Below are positions 39,575 to 51,659 of a DNA stretch of 64,000 nt, one piece after another; the stretch's first letter is position 1; the number at the start of each line of letters is the position of its first letter. The notes under the pieces were generated by a model. That model saw only the letters and a program-made list of their open reading frames with translations. It was not told where the DNA came from and searched no databases. Made by a program: the position numbers and the translations under genes. Source of the stretch: Octopus sinensis (taxonomy: Eukaryota). The stretch lies in NCBI RefSeq assembly GCF_006345805.1, contig NC_043002.1, positions 42,346,001 through 42,410,000 of the forward strand. The letters are read 5' to 3'.

Positions 39575-39664
39575 ACTTTGTTGCCTGTATGTAGTGCCAG
39601 GTTTCCTTATCACTCAAGGATTTTGGTTGCCATCCAGGTTTTCCTGCTACTTCAGTGGGTGCTG
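39575..39664 (-). other. Antisense exon-like segment, 90 nt, phase 1 to 1 (APTEVAGKPGWQPKSLSDKETWHYIQATK)
   Basis: Minus strand: 30-nt pyrimidine tract + cccag acceptor, donor AGT|gtaagt, only one frame open. Confidence 0.3.
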
Positions 39665-40612
39665 CTGGGAAAAGTAAAAGAAAATGAAGTAAAAACAAAT
39701 TTCTTTAAATTTTGAGAGGTTATATAATAAAATATATAAAAAGTATCTCAAAGTAGTTTTTGAAATGTTGCTATGATAAGAAAATAATAGATTTTAATCA
39801 AGCCTGTTCATAGATTAGATTTTAGAAAGCAAAGCTAATTGTATTCTCATATTTTGTTTTTATTTTCTTACTTTCTTTTTAATCACATTAGAAATGAAAG
39901 TTTAGACTGACCTTCAAGTGCTTCCTTTCAATCAGATTTACAATCTTCTTGCTTGTAAGGGTTTTAAATTTTCAGCTTAAAATCTTCAGTGAAAAATTTT
40001 TTTTCGTCTTTATAATGTTATAAATTTTACCAGATCTGCAACTTCCTCTTTCTCTCTTGAAAAATTGATTAAAATGGTGAGGGTGGGGTAGGGAATGGAT
40101 TTTGACTGAAGCTCTGAGAGTTTCAGATTTGAAGTGTATATCTGGGAATATAAGATGTTTAGCTTTAAGTATAGTGACTGCAATTATCAAGCAAGGGAAT
40201 TCATCTCTCAGTTACTTTAATGATGTAATGCATCTTGACCATAAATCCAAAAAGAGAAGATAAACTATTGATCCTAAGTAGGATTATTTATGACAGCTAA
40301 CTGGGTACACAAGGTTAGAAATTTGACATATAAGCATATTTATATTTTCATACACTTTTTGAGAAGTCTGATTAGTAGTTACACTGATTAATAGAAAGGC
40401 CACAACTTACTAGCTGTCTGGAACCATTAAATAAGTAACTTTAAATTTCGCATATAGAATCAGTTCTTTTTTTCAACCTTTGCAATAGAGTAAGTAAATC
40501 TTATTTGTCAGAATTTTTGTTTTTGAAGTATAAATAATATTACATCAATATTCTTATGACCAAACTGTTGCTCCATTTGAAACTGTTTACCATATGATAA
40601 TTATTTTGCTTA

Positions 40613-40981
40613 ATACTCTATCTTTTACTTGTTTCAGTCATTTGACTGCAGCCATGCTGGGGCACTGCCTTGAAGGGTTTTAGTCAAAGAAATCAAGCCC
40701 AGGGTTTATTTTTTTTAAAGTCTAGTACTTATTCTATCAGCCTCTTTTGTTGGACCACTAAGTTACAGGGACACAAACACACCAACACTGGTTGCCAAGC
40801 AGTGGTTGGACACACACACTACAGCCTTTTTTCAGCTTCCATCTATCAAATCCACTCTCAAGGTTTGGTTGGCCCAAAACTATAGTAGAACACACTTCCC
40901 CAAGGTATCATGCAGTGGGACTGAACCTGGAACCATGTAGTTGGAAAGCAAGCTTCTTACCTCACAGCTACACATGTGCCC
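40613..40981 (-). mobile_element. CORE-like tRNA-SINE, antisense, CpG-decayed
   Basis: Reverse complement of the 10489-10856 family. Confidence 0.8.
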
Positions 40982-42612
40982 ATTTAAAAAAAAAAGCTAA
41001 TAAAATACTTTTTTAGTTTTTATTAGTATAACAGCTTGAGTTTGTGTTACATACAACAGTTGTTGGTGTCTTGTGTGTTTAATTAAAACATGGATATAGT
41101 TAAAAATATGTAAGTTGTGTAATTATTTTGAATTGTTTTAAATTTGTATCCCCCTATATTCTGTGTTCAAATCTTGCATTGCTGGCATTGCCTTTTGTCC
41201 CTTCAGACTTGGAGTAAAACTAATAATGTAGTGAAAACCTTAAAAAAGAAACAAAGCAAATATACACTTGTGCAAAAGCTGGTTTTGTAATTAAGTAAAA
41301 GAAATGTGTGGTAGGTGATAATAATTCTGTTTTGCTGCAGACAAAAGTGAGTAATTTTATTAAGAGGCCTCCATTGGTCGAAGTAGAGCATGTATGAGCA
41401 AGCCTAGACAGGCCTTCCCTTTTTTTTTTTTTGTTTTGTTTAGGAAGACTAGCAGTTTCCCATGTATGCAAATTCTTCATACCACTAATGTTTATCCAAG
41501 AGAAAGGCTATTGACTTGTGCCAGTACAATGGTGTTGTTACTGTCAACACAAAGAGCCTGAATAGATATCCTAAAGTAACTTTCCCAACCTTCTAACATC
41601 TTCACCAAGCCACTTCTTGGTTATGGATCAAATAAATTATATCATCCACGGTCCAGTGATCTTGATAGTAGTAAAATCTAAGTAATAACTTTGGGAAAGC
41701 AATAGCTACAAAGCTAGCAACTTAGCTCTTATTCAAAAGGATAAATGCAAAAGTTGATCTTGACAAGATTTGAACTCAGATTGCAGAGAATTGGCACAAG
41801 TACTGTGAGGCAATCCATTCAGTTCTTTAACAACTCTGCCAATTTACTGTCATTTTTTTTATACATTGCAATTTTATACTTTCTCATAATATCTGTAAAT
41901 ATAGATATAAAACATTGGCACAACGCCATAAATCTGTAGGTGAAGAGTGGTGTCAATTGGATCTACTTTGATACACGTACCTTACCTCTCTGATACAGAA
42001 ATCTGTTTGTAGTCAATACTCTAAGTACATGTAATATAACATACTGTTGCGGAGTCAGTCAAACATTGGTCTGATTCCGAGTCAATTTAGCATAATTTTA
42101 GCAGTATTTTTATGGTTTAGACATTAGAGAATTTAGTATGGTGCATAACTAGTACTCAACCTCATTTCTGAATTGTCTCTATCATAAAACAATCACTTGT
42201 AAAAAACACTTCTACATTGTTTTTGGTTTTTTTTTTTTTTCCTCAAATTTTATTTATTAGTATCAGAAAATAACTAATTTTGACTGAGCATTGTCATAGT
42301 TGTCTCTGCAATATGTATTGCCATAGATTTATGAGCTGTTTCACATATGAAGTACACTAAAAGTGGTGGGAGATAAGTGATTTTTTTATTTTTATTTTTA
42401 TGTATGAATAATAAGACTCTTTCTTGTGTGGTTTCATGTTGTGTGAAATTTATAATTTTTGAATGCAGTCTCATAACTATAAAATACTTATTCACAAACA
42501 CACATTTAGAAATGGCTGTATGTATCTATTATTTGGTACTCATAAAAATTCCAGCTGTCTACCTTTTGATAGAGAGAGATATGCAATATTTAAAATATAA
42601 CTACTACATCAC

Positions 42613-42651
<39 letters not shown>

Positions 42652-43107
42652 GGTCTTCTTGTAAAACAATTTTCAAAACCTACACTTTTTCCCTTCCACT
42701 CTCTAGATATTTTTTTCCTACATACATAGATGTGTGTGTGTGCACAAATACTCTGTACATTTCATCTTTTACATCTCATCCAATTAAAGAAAACTCTGTA
42801 TGTGTGTGTTCACCATTGTAAAGGGACTAATTAAATCACGTATTGCACCAATGTGATTTATATATGAAAAAAAAAAAAAGAATAGGGTGTGTGTGGAAAC
42901 AAAAATAATAAAAAAAAAAAGAAATTGTTATTGTCTTGGCGACCTATTGTGAAGTGAAACTTCATGCTATAGGGCTTTCAATAGGGAATAACAGAGCTCA
43001 TTAATCTAACCCTCTCGCTCTTCTCATCAGTATCATTGTTTTAATTGAAAAGGAATCTTTTTACAATCTTTTCTTGTTTTTTTCCCTTTTCCTTTCTCGT
43101 TATTTAG

Positions 43108-43162
43108 CTGACCAAATAATCTTGTGATTGTGGTGATACCAATTGTGAATGACTGTAGCATG
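43108..43162 (+). other. Candidate 5'UTR exon ending in a lone ATG (alternative start D, phase 0)
   Basis: Very strong acceptor (43106-07), all three frames closed, agcATG|gtaagg at 43160-43168, a few CpGs retained in 42940-43230. Confidence 0.5.
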
Positions 43163-43442
43163 GTAAGGATGATAATGATGATGATTGTTACCATGATTAT
43201 AAATGATCATATGATGATTAGCGATGTGATAGTGACCTTCAGTTTCTAAAATAATGCTTGGAGTTTACATTATACATTGTATTTTAAACACTGACTACTA
43301 TAATATAGACTAATGAACCCATTGTTTATTTGTTAACAATCCTAATCAGCTGCTATCTGTGCTGGTGTTTCTCTTGTGAACATTTTCTTCTTTGTAACAC
43401 CACCAGTCCTTGTCTTTTTTCTCTTCTAATTCTCTCCTATAG

Positions 43443-43455
43443 AATCAAAAGAGCG
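43443..43455 (+). CDS. Candidate 13-nt microexon (NQKS + G, phase 0 to 1)
   Basis: Strong acceptor tctttttctcttctaattctctcctatag with ctaat; donor GCG|gtagtg is weak to moderate. Confidence 0.3.
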
Positions 43456-43715
43456 GTAGTGTGATCATTTTAATTATTATTATGTTTTGTTTTTTTAAAA
43501 AAAAAATGTTATTGGTTAGAAAGTATGGTGTGTGACTGAATTGGTAGAATGTCAAGACCAACTACTTTGCAGTATTATTTACTCATGTACACTGATATTC
43601 TAAGTTCAGATCCTACAGTACTTGATAAAACACCAGTCAAGTTTTGGAATTTGTATAATTGTCTTATATCCCTTACACCTTTCGCCACAAAAAAAAAAAA
43701 AAAAAAAGGGTCTTG

Positions 43716-44098
43716 TAGGCGCAGGAGTGGCTGTGTGGTAAGTAGTTTGCTTACCAACCACATGGTTCCAAGTTCATTCACACTGTGTGGCAACTTGGAC
43801 AAATTTCTTCTGCTATAGCCTCGGGCCAACCAAAGCCTTGTGAGTGGATTTGGTAGATGGAAACTGAAAGAAGCCTGTCGTGATGATGATGATGATGTGT
43901 GTGTCTGTGTTTGACTCCCCAATATCGCTTGACAACCGATGCTGGTGTGTTTACATCCCCATAACTTAGCAGTTTGGCAAAAGAGACCGATAGAATAAGT
44001 ACTAGGCTTACAAAGAATTAGTCCTGGGGTCGATTTGCTTGACTAAAGGTGGTGCTGCCGCATGGCCGCAGTCAAATGACTAAAACAAGTAAAAGAGT
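43716..44098 (+). mobile_element. Full-length CORE-like tRNA-SINE
   Basis: Head taggcgcaggagtggctgtgtggtaag, tail aaacaagtaaaagag. Confidence 0.85.
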
Positions 44099-44879
44099 AT
44101 GTATGTTAGGAACCACAGTCTTCATATCTCAGCCTATGCAATGTACATTTACAAGCCTGCATGTGTACACTCTTATGTGCAATTGTTTGTTCTCACATGC
44201 ACATTTTGTTTATGTGTATACGTGCTTGTGTGGTACAATAAATTAAAGAGGCTAGTAACCTTATTCAAATATAGAGGACACATTTTCGTTCATTTTTAAT
44301 GAGTCATGATGAAAATGACAGCACATCAGTAACAATGTTAAATTTATATCACAAAGACATTTTATACCATCATACTTTGCTGTCTCTAGTTACAACAGCA
44401 GTTGCAAACCAATAAGTATTTCTATCCAGTTAATTCATGCTGTCCTCTACCCCACCCCCACCTCACTCCAATAGTCATATCTTTGTTGTTTTTTTTTGCT
44501 TTTTGAAATTATTTCTAATATAGTCTCAACTTAAGATAATGTCAAATATTTCAAAAGCTTTTCAGTTTCCTCCTCATCATCATCATCATTTTTTATATTC
44601 ATCTATGTCAATATGGAATTGATATACATAGAATACAGCACATTTTTTCATGCTCTGATTGTACAAGAAAACAAACAACATATCACTTATGCTTGTATGG
44701 GTTTGATGGGTATGTCATATATACATCATATTGTTCTCTACATCATATTCTTCATCTCTTTGTTAATAGGATTTTTTTTATCCTTTGCAGTCATTGGATT
44801 GTGGCCTTGCTGCGGCACCACACTAAAACCTCAAAGCTTCAGTCAAATTTAGTGATTCTAGTATTTTGTTTGCAACCAC

Positions 44880-44922
<43 letters not shown>

Positions 44923-45885
44923 CAATAATCTTCCATGCAGTTTCCTCTGGAAAATTTCACTCGTGAAGCATTAATCAACCAGGATGTTGCACAAATTAAT
45001 TGAACTTGAAACTAAGTGTTTGTGAAGGGGACATCTTAGACACACTGCTATTCCTGTAAAAGTTTCATGAATATTTCCTCTCTGTAAACAGAGCAATGGA
45101 TACAATTAAATATATAGATTTAGAAATGCAGAGTTCTTCATATAGAAACAGAATATACAAGTGGAGTGTAGGGCTTTAAAGAGGAAATTTTATTCATGAA
45201 GATGCCTATGTCTGCCACAAGATGTGAATTAGTGATATGAAAGATGGTTTTCAAATCTCCACCATCATCTCTCTCTGATTATTTCTTTCTCTCTAACTCT
45301 CTTTCTCTCCTTTCTTTTCCAACTGAGGTATCCATGTATCTCCTCCACAGCAAGACACCTATCTCTGTCCCTCATTTATACTTTTAACCTCTCATCAACT
45401 GGCACAAAGCCACTTCTGTTAATGCTACTCCACACCGACCAGCTGAGGGTCTTTGTCTTGCGACAAAGTTATCCTGCTAGTGTTGGTGCCATGAAAAAAG
45501 CACCCAGTCCACTCTGTAAAGTAGTTGGCATTAGGAAGCGCATCCAACCATAGAAACCATGCCAAATCAGACAAAAGAGCTTGGCACAGCCTCACTGAAT
45601 TGCTGGCTCCAATTAAACCATCCAGTCCATGCCAGCATGGAAAATGGAAATTTTGACATTTTTCACTTTAATATTTCTTATAAACAGTTTATAACCTCTA
45701 TCATGAAATATGAGTTTTTTAAAAACATCTTTGTCATGTATCAGAATACACCTTCTTACAAAATTTCTTAAATGCTCCAATAACTTACTTCTCCTTTCTT
45801 TAATATTCTGAGTACATGTGTGGTAAAAGTTTTATTTTGGTGGTGGTAGTGGTAAAAGGTAGCTTTTGATATTTTTTTTACTCAT

Positions 45886-47232
45886 TTTGTCCTTATTTTT
45901 ACCAGCTTTATGACTTGGTATGATTAATTTTTTATTATCTTATGATATTTACAGCAACACAGTTAATGTTAGTTTTGACACTCCTTTTCCTCCTCAATCC
46001 TCAAATCATATGTTTTTCAAAAGGATAGGACCTGGTGATCAATCATTGTCAGTTATTTGCTGAATCACTATTATTGTTAATAAGATTATTTTACACTTTA
46101 CTACTATTAAATATATTATTTATAGCACTGTTTGACTTAACAACACCAACATTTCAGTTATTTCATTCATGCACATTTAGAGACACCTATAAAAGCATGA
46201 TTTTCAGAATTGGCCATATTCATTGTGTTAAGTCATCATCATCATTTAATGTCTGTTGTCCATGCTGGCATGGGTTGGAAAGCTTGACCAGGGCTGGCAA
46301 GCTGGAAGGCAGCACCCGACTCCAGTCTGATTTGGCATGGTTTCTACTAATGGATGCCCTTCATAACGACAACCACTCAGAGAGTGTAATGGGTTCTTTT
46401 ACGTACCACTGGCACAGGTGCCATTTGTGACACCAGTATATTCCACAACTGCACTTTTACTTGGCTTGATGGGTCTTCTTCTCCAGCACAGCATAATAAT
46501 AAGATACATGGTAAACTGCAATCCTGTTTTATAAAAGGTGCACTACTATATATGCAACAAAAGCCAAGTGGCTAATAAATTATGAGCTTGCGGGTTTATG
46601 TCATTGAACAGTATCTTGGGCAAGTGGCTTAACCTGAACTATAGGTAACTATTTTGACTGCAATTGAATAGATGGAAACTGTGTTGAGGTCCATTGAATG
46701 ACTGATTGTACTTGTAATGTGTGTCAGTCATTCAGTGGATCTCATCACAGTTTCTATCTATCTATCCAATTGCGCTCAAAAGATTTGAGTTGCTCATGAT
46801 TTAAGGTAAGTCACTTTCCCCAAGATACTGTGCAATGAAATCAACTCATGAGCTCACAATTTATTAGCTATTTGGCTTTTATTACATACTTAGTAGTGCT
46901 CCTTTTATAAAATAGGATTGTAGTTTTCCATGTATTTTTTATATATACATATATATAAAATACATTGTTATTCAACCAATTTTGAAAATATGCTATACAT
47001 GTAAATATATTTATTAGTAGTAAAGTGTAAAATAATCTTATTAACAGTAATAGTGACTCAGCAAATAACTGAAAGTGATTGGTCACCAAGGTTCTAGCCT
47101 TTTGAAAAATATATACTTAGAAGATTGAGGAAGAAAAGGAGTGTCAAAAATAACATTAACCATTTCATTGTAAACATTGTATGATAATAAATTAATCACA
47201 CCTAGTCAGGGAACTGGTAAAATAAGGACAAA
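45886..47232. repeat. Large imperfect palindrome (fold-back): arms 45886-46705 and 46724-47232, 18-nt spacer
   Basis: Manual alignment of both arms; ORFs 46035(+) and 46868(-) share QLFAESLLLLIRLFYTLLL. The left arm carries an extra SINE (46233-46495) and a ~70-nt insert. Confidence 0.95.
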
Positions 47233-47794
47233 GATTTATGTGTGGATATATATATGTATATATATATATATATATAAACACAAACTATTATTTAGACAGT
47301 AAAAGAAGTCAACTGTTACAGCAGAAAAGGCTCAAGTTTTCAGGAAATAAAGATACTGAGAATTACTTAAACATTAATGCAGAGTTCTTCATAATATGTC
47401 CTTGCATTGACAAGTACCTTCACATCCACTAATAAATCCCACTTGCAGCAGCAAAGACCATAGTCTGGCAAATGCTTTACACTCTCTGTACTCACAATGG
47501 ATTTCCCTCCTTCTTACCATTCAAATCATTAATGCTTCTTTCCCCTCTTTTCACCATATGTTTCACTTATATTAGTGGTTATCCACTGACAATCTCCATA
47601 AAGTTACTTGCTCTAGCACCTCCTTATAACATACCTTTAGCCCATTTCAACAGGCAATAAATCACCTTTAATTTCACCTGATTTTCCCATACTACATGGT
47701 GCACAATCTAAGCAAATAGCTCACCCATGTGTATATATGTATTTGCATATCTCTATGTATGTATATGGATATGTGTGTTTGCAGGTATATATAT

Positions 47795-47975
47795 ATGAAG
47801 GGGTGCTGAAAAGTTTCTGGTTTTTGGTAAAAGAAAATACAGGAGGATCAGTTAATTATGATTTTATTCAACATGTTCCCATTGCAAAGTCACACACTTA
47901 TTGCAGTGGTCCTTCAGTTTTTCTAAGTCCTGTAAAGGAATTTTGAAGGTTGGGCCTCTAACCAAGCATGTTGCA
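47795..47975 (+). mobile_element. Tc1/mariner-type non-autonomous element, 5' part
   Basis: TIR-like tatgaaggggtgctgaaaagtttctgg after TA. Confidence 0.5.
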
Positions 47976-48719
47976 TGGATCATGGTCTGACGTTTTTAAC
48001 CCAGTACTTGATTAGTATTTTATTCTCTCAACTTTGATATAATAAAAATCTAAGTCGATTGATCTCAGTGGGATTTGAACTCTGAACGAAAACAAAAACA
48101 AAAAAACATATAACTCACCCCTTTGTTATTATATTTCTGTTCAAATACACTATCATTGCTTTAATTTATTTTGAAAATAATGAAGAACTTAGCAAAAATA
48201 ATTGTCATGTAAAGTAGATGCTTGGAATAGAAATTAACATACAATTTTGATGGAAATTTTAAAATCTAGGACAATTAAAAATAGGAAGTTTGTATCATCG
48301 AACCAAGGGTGGTCTCAGATGAGTTGAAATCAAAAGGATTAAACAGAGTAAAGCATTTTGACACTTTAAGCAATGTGCCAATCCAATGTCCTATGACCAA
48401 TAAAAATGTTGGAAGTCCATTATAAGAAAAAGAAGAATTAGTTAAATAAAATATAATAAGAACTTTATTAGGAATTGTAATTTTATGAAATGCAATTAAT
48501 TTTCTTACAAGGGTATGCTCGTCAATTCTAGTAATCAGTTTTTCACTACTACTTTATTGACCAGAAAAGTTGAAAGGCAGAGCTTGCTTTCCATAAGACT
48601 TGATCTTAGAGTATAAAGCACCAAAAGAAACGCCACCTGGCATTTTGTGTCATGCTCTATCAATTCTGCCAATTCCCCACCCGTGTTTGCAGTAATAATA
48701 ATAATAACAATCCTTCCTA

Positions 48720-48915
48720 CTAAAAGGCACAAGGCCTGAGATTGTGAGGAGGGGACGAGTCAATTGCATCGACCCCAATTTTTCACTGGTACTTAATTTA
48801 TTGACCCTGAAAAGATGAAAGGCAAAGTTGACTTTGGTGGAATTTCAATTGAGAACTAGCAACTGGCAAAATACTGCTAAGCATTTTCCCCAACATGCTA
48901 ACAATTCTGCAAGCT
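48720..48915 (-). mobile_element. Nin-domain SINE, with an older copy in tandem at ~48535-48685
   Basis: ttattgaccctgaaaagatgaaaggcaaagttgactttggtggaatttc core. Confidence 0.75.
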
Positions 48916-50758
48916 TGCTGCCTTAATAATAATTTTTATTACTATTAAGTTTAGGGAGGGGTATGAATAGTAGAAATGGTTTAGTACAGAACTAAATGCT
49001 ATAAATGGTTTAATATTTGTGTTATAAGTTTAAATTCTGTCCTGTGTCAGCTCACTTGACAATGCCCTTAAAACATAGTGGCCTTGTGAAAATTTAATTA
49101 ATATTTTCTCCATCATCTAAGCCAAAGCCGCATATCATATTGTTTTCTCAACCATGTTTCACACTCTAAAGTCTCCACCAAAACCTTTATTCATGGAAAT
49201 GCAACCCTCGAGAACTTCCTCTCTGTTCATATTTACCCCATAAACATCAGACTGCGGAAATAGAAGCTGAACAGAAATTACATAATCACCAGTCTGGCAG
49301 AGCCTTTAAAGCTATGAGCCCTACCCTGCCTTCAGGAATTCATATATATCATCATTACCATTTAATGTCTGTGTTCCGTGCATGCATGAGTTGGACAGGT
49401 TGACAGGATCTGGCAAGCCAAAGCACTGTGTTAAGCTCAAGTGTCTGCTTTAGTATGTTTCTGTGGCTGAATATCCTTTCTAATGCCAACCACTTTAGAA
49501 TATGTATTGAGGTCACTAATAACTCATAAGACGAGATCCTTTGACTGAGTAGGAGTGCAGTATTGAGAGATGTGGTTTTGTACTAGGTGTTGAGCCTAAT
49601 GTATAACAGAGGAACAAAAACTGATGTTTTGCAATAGAGGAGATACACAGCTACTCCAGCAGAAAAGGGAGAAAGGATGATGGCGATGAGGTGTCAGGGT
49701 ATATCATGGTACAAGAAGGTGTTTATGAGAGAAGAGGGTGAATGCATAGGTTCTCAAGACTCAAAAATGAATGACAGATAGTTGGAAGTGAGAATAGAAG
49801 TGAACATGGGTGGAGGCATAGTCAATGGTGAATCTCAGTTTGAAAGGGAAGGTAAAAGTCAGGGAGGAGGAAGTGATGTCACAGTATATAAGGCAGGTAA
49901 GAAGGACAAATGTAGAATAAAACCAGATAGATGAGAAATAGAAAGATGTGATAGTGCAGAACCAGTTGGTAAACATGCACATGGCTACTCTTAACGTGTT
50001 GTCAATGCATCATTCTGATTTGTTCCTATGCAATTTCTGTAAGCTTTGTAAGCTTTTCTTTACCTCTATTTTGTAAAACACACATCTTTCTAATTATTAA
50101 CAATGCATTATGCATGATAACAAGGGCTGCACAACTGATTAGAATGTTGTCTCATGTTTTCCATTGGTGACTGAAATTTCTTCAGGTTTATTCAGCTGTT
50201 TTCCATTTCATGATAATGTTTTCAAGATAAAACTCATTTTTGTTTAGGTACATGCAAGAGCAGTCTACCCATGCAAAATATTGATAAAAATTTCTATTAA
50301 CAAAAATATATATCTTTGACCAAATTTTAAGTTTATTTGCCAGTTTTATTTCTTAGCATCATTTTTTTCCTGATCTTTTGAGCTTTGCTTTCATAGTTTG
50401 CTTAGTAAATGTGAATACTTTGTATACATTTACTCCTATTTATGTTTACTGATAGAATACTTTTTGATGTCTGTGACACTCATTTGGAGACAAGCCATCT
50501 GTTATTTTATTTATAATTCTTTTTAGTTTTTTTTTTTTTTTTTTTCAAAGCTAAATAAATTGGTAGGACTTAACATTTCACTCATAATAGCTTGTCTTCA
50601 AATAAATTTACTAACATATATACTGATTTCCTTTTTAATATATTCTGCAGTGCATTGACATTTATTGTCAGAACAGTGGTAATTATTGTAGATGCAACCT
50701 GCTACTGCAGACAAGTTAACATTCATTGCATAGGCATCTGTGCACACACACACACACA

Positions 50759-50925
50759 CCATATTTACCCATGTACAAGTAACACTATTTTATACTTGAT
50801 TTTAAGTGAAAAAAAACTCAGGTGCAGCTTACACATGGGGCAAAGCTAAAACTCTGAAGGGAAAATGTTTCGTGTCAAGATTTAACCCTAATTTAGGGGT
50901 GTTATTTATACACGAGTAAGCACAG
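50759..50925. mobile_element. Tc2/pogo-like MITE with ~28-bp degenerate TIRs
   Basis: ccatatttacccatgtacaagtaacac and gtgttatttatacacgagtaagcacag, resembling CCGTATTTACTCGTGTATAA-type termini. Confidence 0.5.
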
Positions 50926-51645
50926 TGTATATAATGGTAAAAATGTTCTGTGCAACAAAACAGACAAGATCTTATAGGAGTACATGGAATTCACTGTATC
51001 AAGTGCTAACTGGACATTGTGATTTCGACACCTCAATGATAGGTGCATACAAACTATTAGGGAATGTGAGTCTTAGACACAAGGAATATATGAGTCTTTA
51101 GAATTAAGCTAAACGGGCAAATGATATATGAGTATAGACTGGTGAATGTAATGCTAAGAGGGAGAAAATGTAGTAAAACATTCAAACACTGCTTTATGAA
51201 CACATTGAAAAGGTTAAACAGCATAATAGGTAGATGGTTGTCTGACCTAAGACACCACTAAGAAGAGAAGGACACAAGAAGCGTATGTAGACAGAGGTAG
51301 AATTACTTTCTGGAAAAGAACTGGGGACTAGAAAAGGGATGAGTGAAGGTGGCAGGAAGGTATTAGAGGGTAAAGACTATATATAATAATGAGATGGTCT
51401 GCCTAGTGTTAAAGATATTATCAATATGGGAAGTGGTGGGGTGCACAGAACACACACACACCATTTCACAATCTTGTAATCAAATTATCAATGCAATACA
51501 TTTAGAGGGTAGCATTGAATTTGGGGCTGTGGCTGTCATGGAGAGAAATGTTATTTAAAAATTTGAGTAATTTATCACTTGAATTAAAACAAATGTTTTC
51601 ATTTGAAATGATGATCAAATATGGGTGTTACTTCTTATTTCTCAG

Positions 51646-51659
51646 TAATTCTCAATAAG
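51646..51659 (+). CDS. Candidate 14-nt microexon (x-ILNK, phase 1 to 0)
   Basis: Acceptor ttacttcttatttctcag, donor AAG|gtaaag; only phase 1 is open. Confidence 0.3.

Noticed and set aside
43205-43295. C/D box snoRNA (ATGATGA...CTGA)
   Set aside because: It sits in ATG/GAT low-complexity sequence, with no terminal stem or recognisable rRNA antisense element.
46667-46762. Stand-alone novel pre-miRNA
   Set aside because: The stem is the centre of the much larger inverted duplication and is SINE-derived; kept only as a testable possibility within that finding.
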